64,000 nucleotides of DNA, from the IMG/VR virus record IMGVR_UViG_3300033148_007030, positions 1-64,000 of that record; one strand, given 5' to 3'. A model generated the notes under the pieces. That model was not told the origin of the DNA and searched no databases. It saw only the letters and a program-made list of their open reading frames with translations. Source of the DNA: a virus. The translations under genes were made by a program, and so were the position numbers. This document shows positions 18,867 through 26,146 of this stretch, piece after piece (positions within the stretch are counted from its first letter, which is position 1; every line of letters starts with the position of its first letter).

Positions 18867-19185
18867 CCAAGCCTGCCTTGCCTTACCTGACCTGACCTCA
18901 CCACACCGCGCCATATCACACCTCACCTGCCATGCCAAACCGCGCCCTACCCCGTCATACCTGACCGTACCACACCATGCCTGCCTTACTACACCTCACC
19001 GCGCCTAATCACACCGTGCCGTATCGTACCTGGCCATACCTGCCTTGCCTTACCAAACCCAACCATACCACACCGTACCCCACCTCACCATACCTGCCAA
19101 GCCATATTAAACCATACCTCACCTCATCATACCCCACCTAACCTTACCAAACCATACCATACCTGCTGTACCATACCACACCTCA
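18867..19185 (-). repeat. (GGY-NN)n array A: 4 leading pentamers, then units of 13, 10, 11, 10 and 10 pentamers punctuated by GGCA
   Basis: cctg tetramers on + at 18872, 18926, 18980, 19039, 19093, 19162; starts at the recA stop codon. Confidence 0.92.
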
Positions 19186-20223
19186 AAATCTCTCCTTCTT
19201 CCTCCTTTCAGTTTTAAACTTATCTTCAATTTCGTGCCAAAGATCAATCACTTTCTCCCGTAACTCCTTCTGTAATCCGTTCCTCTCAATAACCCTAACC
19301 ATTTTATCCATAGAAACAAACTCACCTAAATCTGAATCACCATACTTAGTTGCTCCTGTCATGTTTTTCAAGTACTGTAAATTTCCACGGATATCATCAA
19401 TTCCATAAGAAAAAAGAATAAAGATAAGAGCTTCTCGAAATGGATCATCTACAGAACTTTTCCTGATCTGACATAATGATTGAATTCCTACAACCTTCTT
19501 CACTTCTTTTTTACCAATTTTAGTAGTTCTTTCAACTTTGGCTTTCTGGCCAACTCGAATCCTCAAAGAAGCATAAAACGGAATCCCTTTTCCTCCTGGA
19601 GTCACTTCTCCCATATCACCTTGCCGGACTTGATTAGTACAAACAATAAGCCAATTGTTGTTTCTGATAATTCTGGAGGTTTTTCTCAATCCCTCACTGA
19701 ACTCCTTTGCTCTCCTCATTCCCATCTTGTCCTTTCCTTCCATCTCCATATTAGTAGAAAGAGCTGCTAAAGAATCAGTTCCTATCCCATTAATAACATC
19801 CTTCCTTGGCGGATTCCAAGCATATATGTGATCATCAAAAACTTCAGTAACAGTATCAGGTCTGTAGTAATTTTTCTTGTCTATCTCAACCCCATAAATA
19901 CGAGCATACTCTTGATCCAAACGAGCTTCTGGATCAAGAAACTTTACTTCTCCACCATTTGCTTGAATGGATGCACAAATCTCAGCCAATATGGAGGTCT
20001 TCCCAGCACTTGACGGACCAAATATTTCTACTATAATTCCACCAGGAAGACCCCCTTCCCTCTTTCTACCCCCGGATATTTCAAGGTCAAGTACAGTAGA
20101 TCCAGTAGAAACCGTTTGCTCTAACCTAACAGTTTTCACCTTTTCTATCGGAGAATCCGTGACCTTTTGTATCTGTCTTGCCAACTGCTTTGTGCTTTTC
20201 GTTCGCCTTAATAACGTGGCCAT
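19183..20223 (-). CDS. recA: RecA/UvsX-like recombinase
   Basis: VSTGSTVLD, EIFGPSSAGKT, DSLAAL, NQVR, TPGGKGIPFYASLRI. Confidence 0.92.
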   Translation of the reverse strand: MATLLRRTKSTKQLARQIQKVTDSPIEKVKTVRLEQTVSTGSTVLDLEISGGRKREGGLPGGIIVEIFGPSSAGKTSILAEICASIQANGGEVKFLDPEARLDQEYARIYGVEIDKKNYYRPDTVTEVFDDHIYAWNPPRKDVINGIGTDSLAALSTNMEMEGKDKMGMRRAKEFSEGLRKTSRIIRNNNWLIVCTNQVRQGDMGEVTPGGKGIPFYASLRIRVGQKAKVERTTKIGKKEVKKVVGIQSLCQIRKSSVDDPFREALIFILFSYGIDDIRGNLQYLKNMTGATKYGDSDLGEFVSMDKMVRVIERNGLQKELREKVIDLWHEIEDKFKTERRKKERF

Positions 20224-20233
20224 TATTTAACTC

Positions 20234-21259
20234 CTAAAAAGGAATATCATCATCAAGCTTTTCAAGTTCATCCGACTTTTTGGCGCAATCATCCCATAAC
20301 TTACAATCATCGCAATGATCTAATGTGTCCAAATCAACCCCAAATTCTCCCCCACCTGGGCACTTAGATCCCCCTTCCTTTTTCTCTTTCTTTTCTTTTT
20401 CCAATTTACGCTGCTTTCTTTTTGCTTCTATAGTTGCTTTTCTTGAAGACAATTTAGGTTTAACAGGTTTCTCTTCCCCCTCTTCTTCCTCTTCTTCTAC
20501 TTCCCCAGCCTCTTCACTTTCCTCTTCCTCTTCCTTAGATCCCCAAAAAGCGTTTTTCACCTCGTCATAAGTGGGTTTATGAATAAGTTCATCCAAACAC
20601 TGAACCTCATCCAAACTTTCATCAGTTATTTTATAATCCCTATCCACAAACTTATGACCTACATATTCAGTATTGGTTGGACCAGTTCCTTGTCTCTCAA
20701 AAGAAATAGCCTTTCCATCATCAGGATCAGCAAATAAAACAAAACCCCCACCTTTCGGCTTTTTTGCCAAAGGAGTTAAAAGTCTTTCCATCAAATGATG
20801 AGAAGCATCCCAAACCTGAACCCCTTTTGCCTCTTCTTTGTCATTATCATAACAAAGTATATTGTAGATAGATCTTCGTTTTGGATTTAATTGCTTTGCC
20901 GCATCATCCTCCCCATTATCTTTTAACCTTTTTTGCTCCTCACAAATTGGGCAAGACTTATTAAACATTCTTGCCAAACAAATGTAAGCGTCTTCATTTA
21001 CTCCAACTCGATAATGCACCCATGCTTCCAATGTATATGCCGGTTCCCCTGCAGAAGCTTGAGGATTATTGTCCCCTGCAATGTAAGGCAGAATGTCAAT
21101 TAGATGCTCTCCAGCAACGCATTTAAAATAAGTTACATCTTTGACATCATCCCTAAAAATAGTTTTAAATCTACCACTGTCCCCTCTTCGTTCATGACTC
21201 TCTTTGGTTCTTTTCAAAAGAGCTTCCTTCATTGCTTTTCTATCTCTCTTCATCGTCAT
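20234..21259 (-). CDS. Single-stranded DNA-binding protein (gp32-like)
   Basis: H..C...CPIC zinc site, acidic tail ending DDDIPF, next to recA. Confidence 0.75.
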   Translation of the reverse strand: MTMKRDRKAMKEALLKRTKESHERRGDSGRFKTIFRDDVKDVTYFKCVAGEHLIDILPYIAGDNNPQASAGEPAYTLEAWVHYRVGVNEDAYICLARMFNKSCPICEEQKRLKDNGEDDAAKQLNPKRRSIYNILCYDNDKEEAKGVQVWDASHHLMERLLTPLAKKPKGGGFVLFADPDDGKAISFERQGTGPTNTEYVGHKFVDRDYKITDESLDEVQCLDELIHKPTYDEVKNAFWGSKEEEEESEEAGEVEEEEEEGEEKPVKPKLSSRKATIEAKRKQRKLEKEKKEKKEGGSKCPGGGEFGVDLDTLDHCDDCKLWDDCAKKSDELEKLDDDIPF

Positions 21260-21411
21260 TGCCTCCTATTAAATGTTTATCTTTCTCCTCAAAATAACTT
21301 TTAAAAATAGCCGAAAATAACGCCCTAAAAATAGTATACAAAATAATCAATCCTACTAGTCCTAATCCTCCAAATAGAACAACATATTTTATAAACTCCA
21401 GTGTTGCCATA

Positions 21412-21912
21412 TTAACTTTTTTCCCTTCTCTTCAATCTTGGATTATCTTTCAACCCTTTTTCCTGTGCTACTCTTGAATTATTTTCCACAATCTTTTTAG
21501 CATCAGAAGGAATATTAGGATCTGCATAGTAACTACCGAGCCACAATTTTACCATATTTTCAAGAGCGGAGCGTTTGTGGTTCATAGCTTCTCTTGCCCC
21601 TGCCAAAATAAGGGAATCCTTATTTGCTTCAATCAATGCCAAATTTGCTTTTTTATACTTATCCTGAGAAGTTATCCAAGCAGAAATAGCTGATTCAGTA
21701 GGTTTCTTATCAAAACCAAACGCATCAGGATTCGTTCGTAATGCTGAGTCTAGCTCCGCTCTTACCAATTCTAACTGATCTTTTTTCTTGTCTCTTTCAT
21801 AAAGTGCTTGAGCATGCCTCTCCGCCCACTTCATATATAGAGCAGGTTGGTTTGTCCAATCCACATCTAAATTATCCTTATCTATTTTAAGATCTCTTTC
21901 ATACTCTTCCAT
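21412..21912 (-). CDS. UvsY-like recombination mediator
   Basis: LKIDKDNLD, helical, KPTESAI; position next to SSB and RecA. Confidence 0.6.
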   Translation of the reverse strand: MEEYERDLKIDKDNLDVDWTNQPALYMKWAERHAQALYERDKKKDQLELVRAELDSALRTNPDAFGFDKKPTESAISAWITSQDKYKKANLALIEANKDSLILAGAREAMNHKRSALENMVKLWLGSYYADPNIPSDAKKIVENNSRVAQEKGLKDNPRLKRREKS

Positions 21913-21933
21913 CTTTTTTACCCCCCTTTCTTA

Positions 21934-22254
21934 TTAATTTATTTGCTTCCTTATATCTTCAGGAAACACAAACCTATCATTGCCATTTTCTCTAAATTTA
22001 ATCCTTAACAATTTAATCGTGTTGGTGACCTTCAAATACCCCGGCTCAAAACCCCCATAAGATTCATATCCATAGGAAGAATAATTTGTTGGTGGAGAGT
22101 ATTTGCCTTCCTGCTTATAAGAAAATCCTACATAGTATGCCTCTACTTCTTTATCTAGCTTCCTTTGAATCCATTTTCTGATATTATTAGCATCATAATC
22201 TGGTAAAGCTACTGATTCTACTAACACTTTATCTCCCATCTTAAAGTCCGTCAT
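21934..22254 (-). CDS. Hypothetical protein flanked by a 17-bp SD-region repeat
   Basis: ttttacccccctttctt at 21916-21932 and 22254-22270. Confidence 0.6.
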   Translation of the reverse strand: MTDFKMGDKVLVESVALPDYDANNIRKWIQRKLDKEVEAYYVGFSYKQEGKYSPPTNYSSYGYESYGGFEPGYLKVTNTIKLLRIKFRENGNDRFVFPEDIRKQIN

Positions 22255-22276
22255 TTTACCCCCCTTTCTTTAAATT

Positions 22277-22412
22277 TGGTGCTGGCAGGCAGGATTCGAA
22301 CCTGCACGGGGGAAATGCAGCCTAATATTAATAGGCTGGTCATTCGGGATTTAGACTTGGCCTCATTAATCCCCCAGTTTTCTCTGCATCTACCAATTTC
22401 GCCACTGCCAGC
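22277..22412 (-). ncRNA. tRNA-like element 2 with encoded 3' CCA
   Basis: GCTGGCAG-TG-GCGAAATTGGTAGATGC ... GCAGGTTCGAATCCTGC-CTGCCAGC-A-CCA; 136 nt. Confidence 0.75.
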
Positions 22413-22437
22413 ATATTATTACAATCCTCCTTTCTTT

Positions 22438-23358
22438 TTAAACTTTGCATGCGTAATAGCAAGCAGAAGTTAATCCGGCCTTACCTGAATACATGAAAGA
22501 CTCTGAAAACAAGTCAATCATTTCTACAATTCGATCATCCGCTCTATTTAAAAGTACCGCATTCAAATAACCTAAAACCGCATATCTCACTGACTCAGGT
22601 TCGCTATCCACCCCTTTTAACAACACAGCCATTTCCTTCCACCCTTTTCTTTTCTCCATCAATAACCTACATATTTCTATAACTTGACTTTCTTTTACCG
22701 AGCCTTCCTCAATCACTTTCAAAATTTCTTCCTCATTACCAACATTCATTACTTGCCCCAAAATAACAAGGGCTTGCCTCGGTATTCCTTCGGATACTCT
22801 TGCAATTTCCTTTAAAGTATCTATAGAAAGATCCAGTCCTTCTTCCTCACAAACCTTCTTCAATAACTTTACAATTTCCCCTCTTCTCAATAACCGTAGA
22901 TGATAAATAGAACATCTTGTGCGAATGGTTTTAAGAAGTTTTTCAGGCTCGGTAGTTGTCAATATAAAATAAACATGTTTAGGGGTGTCTTCTAATATCT
23001 TCAATAAAGCAGGCTGCGCATCAGAACTTATTCGATGCGCTTCATCAAAAAAATAGATCTTTACATCTCCTTCAAACGCTCCATAACTACAATTAGAAAT
23101 AACCTCCCGTATAGTATCAATCCCTCTGGTATTAGCAGTATTCATCTCTATAAAATCTCTATCAGAACACCTAAGCTCAGTTTTCAATATCCTTGCCAAG
23201 GTGGTTTTTCCACACCCAGAAGGGCCAGTAAAAAGAAATACCTTTGATTTGTTTTCCTGTGAGAGTACCGAATTCAGACTTTCTATAACCCCCTCACTTC
23301 CGATAAATTCTTTGAAATTCTTGGGTCTGTAACGGATCTGTAATGGTTCGTTATTCAT
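22438..23358 (-). CDS. Clamp loader AAA+ subunit (DnaX-like)
   Basis: RYRP..F, GPSGCGKTT, FDEAH, TIRTRC. Confidence 0.9.
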   Translation of the reverse strand: MNNEPLQIRYRPKNFKEFIGSEGVIESLNSVLSQENKSKVFLFTGPSGCGKTTLARILKTELRCSDRDFIEMNTANTRGIDTIREVISNCSYGAFEGDVKIYFFDEAHRISSDAQPALLKILEDTPKHVYFILTTTEPEKLLKTIRTRCSIYHLRLLRRGEIVKLLKKVCEEEGLDLSIDTLKEIARVSEGIPRQALVILGQVMNVGNEEEILKVIEEGSVKESQVIEICRLLMEKRKGWKEMAVLLKGVDSEPESVRYAVLGYLNAVLLNRADDRIVEMIDLFSESFMYSGKAGLTSACYYACKV

Positions 23359-23395
23359 CTTTTACCCCCTATTTATTTATATTCAAGGACATTAG

Positions 23396-23608
23396 TCAAC
23401 CGGGATAACAAGGATGAGTAAAACTATCAATTTCAAGTAAAATTGCCTCCAATTCAATTGATCCTATGATCCCCAAACAACCATTTGTCTCTTTATTAAA
23501 TACAGAAACTTCCCAAATTGCCCAAATTTCATTATAATATAATTCAAATCTCCATCCATTTGTAAAACAAATTTCTCTAAGTTTATTCCCAAATTCCTGA
23601 AATTTCAT
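23396..23608 (-). CDS. Hypothetical protein
   Basis: ORF only. Confidence 0.5.
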   Translation of the reverse strand: MKFQEFGNKLREICFTNGWRFELYYNEIWAIWEVSVFNKETNGCLGIIGSIELEAILLEIDSFTHPCYPG

Positions 23609-23618
23609 AGTTTACCTA

Positions 23619-24866
23619 CTATTTTAAATCTAATGCAGAGCTTTTATTAATTTGAATAATCTTCTGTATTTTCATTCTTTCCTTCTTTATCTCTCGATAT
23701 CTTATATAAGCTTCACTTTTTGGTTGGGTCTGCCCTAATCCCTTACACCAATAATCATTCCTTAAAAGCACCTTACACATTCTACGCCATGACGGAACCC
23801 AACATTTATTCTCTAATTCTAAAGGGGATTCATCAGGAATTATTGGGTACCCTCGCTGATGCCAACCATAAATAAACTTCTTAAATCTATATACATAATG
23901 ATCTCTTGTCTTTTTAGGCATAGTCTGAAGAAGCAAATTACAAAAACTCCTCCAAGTATGATTCTCTGGTTTTGTTATATGATGGTACCCTGTTATGTTT
24001 CCATTTTCTCTTACATATAATGCGCCAGTATTAGCTCCATTTACCCTAACTATTAGCTTAAACCACGTTTCAGGCTCAAGAATATGATACAACCACAAAC
24101 CTCTTCTTTGATCATCTCCAAAGGGTTGACAAAGGCGTTGCTGACTAATCTTTACCCCAGCCATAGCCATTCTATCATAAATTTTATTATGAGATTTTTC
24201 TGGATATTTTGAATGATATCTCCAAATATCTTCAGTCTTCCAATCATAAATAGGATAAATATTATAACAATTATCAACAATTTTAGTGGTCCACCTATAT
24301 TTATTAAATAACAATCCTTTCTTCTCCCAAGTTGCTATTGCACAATATCGATGTAGACTTTCATCTGCCCGAATACCCACAAATCCAGCAGTTAACTTAC
24401 CTTGTCCATACCACTCACTAAACAAGATTATAAATTCCTCAAACTCCATCTCTGATACAAAAAAAGGGTAATCCTTATCAGTTTTTGCCTGAAGTGGTTT
24501 TTCTCGAACCCATATAGCCTTCTTGTCTTTATCCCAACAAATCCACCTTGGTTCATAATTGGTAACAGCGTTTCTAAGTAACATTGGAACACATATCCAA
24601 TGAGGATCAATATGTTCTCTATATTCATTAAAAACTCGTTCCACATTATTTACTGTCTCAGTATATTGAGCTTCAAAATCTATAAACATAAGGCCTACTT
24701 TTTTCTTTCTTTTTATAGCCTCATCCATCACCAAATGAACCATAACTGTACTATCTTTCCCTCCAGAAAAAGCGCAATACACCCTCTCAAAATTATCAAA
24801 AACAATCTTGATCCTATTCCTGGCAGCCGTTAACACATCTACATCTCTATATTTTTTTATAGCCAT
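23619..24866 (-). CDS. ibrA: IbrA-like PAPS-reductase-family protein (DUF3440)
   Basis: FSGGKDS, GIRADESLHR, YPIYDW, QRLCQPFGD, PSWRRMCK.LLRNDYWC. Confidence 0.85.
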   Translation of the reverse strand: MAIKKYRDVDVLTAARNRIKIVFDNFERVYCAFSGGKDSTVMVHLVMDEAIKRKKKVGLMFIDFEAQYTETVNNVERVFNEYREHIDPHWICVPMLLRNAVTNYEPRWICWDKDKKAIWVREKPLQAKTDKDYPFFVSEMEFEEFIILFSEWYGQGKLTAGFVGIRADESLHRYCAIATWEKKGLLFNKYRWTTKIVDNCYNIYPIYDWKTEDIWRYHSKYPEKSHNKIYDRMAMAGVKISQQRLCQPFGDDQRRGLWLYHILEPETWFKLIVRVNGANTGALYVRENGNITGYHHITKPENHTWRSFCNLLLQTMPKKTRDHYVYRFKKFIYGWHQRGYPIIPDESPLELENKCWVPSWRRMCKVLLRNDYWCKGLGQTQPKSEAYIRYREIKKERMKIQKIIQINKSSALDLK

Positions 24867-24874
24867 AATACTCC

Positions 24875-26125
24875 TTAATAAAGATCCATCTGTCTATCCT
24901 GTCCACCTAATGCCCCTTCCAATGATACCTCATTTCTTCCATTTGCCTTAAGCCATTTATTTAGGTATATAAGAGCTTTTTCATTGGCATTTCTTTGCTC
25001 CTTTTCTGACATAAGATTAAACCCATTACGAAATACCTCTGGTATTCCCATATCATAACATACTGAAGCTTGCCCAAGATATGCTATTCTATTCATTGCT
25101 TTATTAGTTAAATAATGCTCACAAGAAAATTTCCATTCTTTTATTACCTGCCTTAATGCTTTTCTAAATCTAGGAATATCTTTAAGAAAATCACAATAAG
25201 CCTGTTCACATTCTTCTCTAGTCATTCCTTCTTTTGTAGTATTATAAAGTCCAGCTTTATAACACTCCCATTTATCCCATTTATGAAATACTCTATCTTC
25301 GTCATTGGTATTAACAGTTCGGAAATCCCCTACCTCATCACCAAAGGTCTCTTTATCATCTGACAAAGGAACAAAATCAGAATCATAAGTCTCTCCTTCT
25401 ACATCCCAAGACTTTGAAAATTCTTGATCTTCAAATAACCCAGAAAGCCCACTGATTTGGCAAAGTCGTAAAATTTCATCCTCTTCCATACCCAATTCCC
25501 TAGCTATTCTTGCATTAGCCCAATTCCTACCTTTAAGTTCTATCACAATATCTGACATACCTTCTACTGTATGCTTTCCCCTTGCTCTATTATGTCTAAT
25601 AGTAGATGCAATCCTATTCCCTCTATCTTCCTTATCAACATTAATTATAGATAAAGGTAAATATCCTTGTATTCTTTTATTTATCACTCTACATTCTCTA
25701 CCTACTCTATTACGATGAAACCCATCCACCACCTCATAACAATCTTCATTCTTCCATGCCACAATAGGTTGGGTATATCCATCCTCTAAAATAGATTGTT
25801 CAAGTAATTTCATTTCTGGGGGGGCTACCACGTTTGGATTATAATCATTAGCTTGTACATCATCCAAGGGCACCCATTGAACACAATCAACTGGTTCAGA
25901 CTGAAAAGGACTATACAAATGTAATATCCGATGTAATTTATTAAGAACCTCAACACTATCTTTTTTATCCAATAAAGGCATATACTTTAATAACACTTTG
26001 TCCACTATCTTCGGAATAATTATCTTTTCCTGCGCCTCCTTCCTACTCCTATTAATCTGAATCAATTTAATTTTTTTACTAACCATTTTTCCTTTATCTT
26101 GCACATCCAAAATATGTCTCTTCAT
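24875..26125 (-). CDS. ibrB: IbrB-like ParB/Srx-domain protein with C-terminal extension
   Basis: ANDYNPNVVAPPEM.LLE.SI.EDGYTQPIV, VVDGFHR, STIRHNRARGKH. Confidence 0.85.
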   Translation of the reverse strand: MKRHILDVQDKGKMVSKKIKLIQINRSRKEAQEKIIIPKIVDKVLLKYMPLLDKKDSVEVLNKLHRILHLYSPFQSEPVDCVQWVPLDDVQANDYNPNVVAPPEMKLLEQSILEDGYTQPIVAWKNEDCYEVVDGFHRNRVGRECRVINKRIQGYLPLSIINVDKEDRGNRIASTIRHNRARGKHTVEGMSDIVIELKGRNWANARIARELGMEEDEILRLCQISGLSGLFEDQEFSKSWDVEGETYDSDFVPLSDDKETFGDEVGDFRTVNTNDEDRVFHKWDKWECYKAGLYNTTKEGMTREECEQAYCDFLKDIPRFRKALRQVIKEWKFSCEHYLTNKAMNRIAYLGQASVCYDMGIPEVFRNGFNLMSEKEQRNANEKALIYLNKWLKANGRNEVSLEGALGGQDRQMDLY

Positions 26126-26146
26126 TTTTCTCCTTACATTATGTTT

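Noticed and set aside
18811-19008. Plus-strand 65-aa ORF
   Set aside because: Pro/His/Thr-rich by-product of the pentamer array on the non-coding strand
17457-19185. Canonical CRISPR array or CRISPR-Cas locus
   Set aside because: No 23-50-nt direct repeats with unique spacers and no other cas genes; the periodicity is 5 nt
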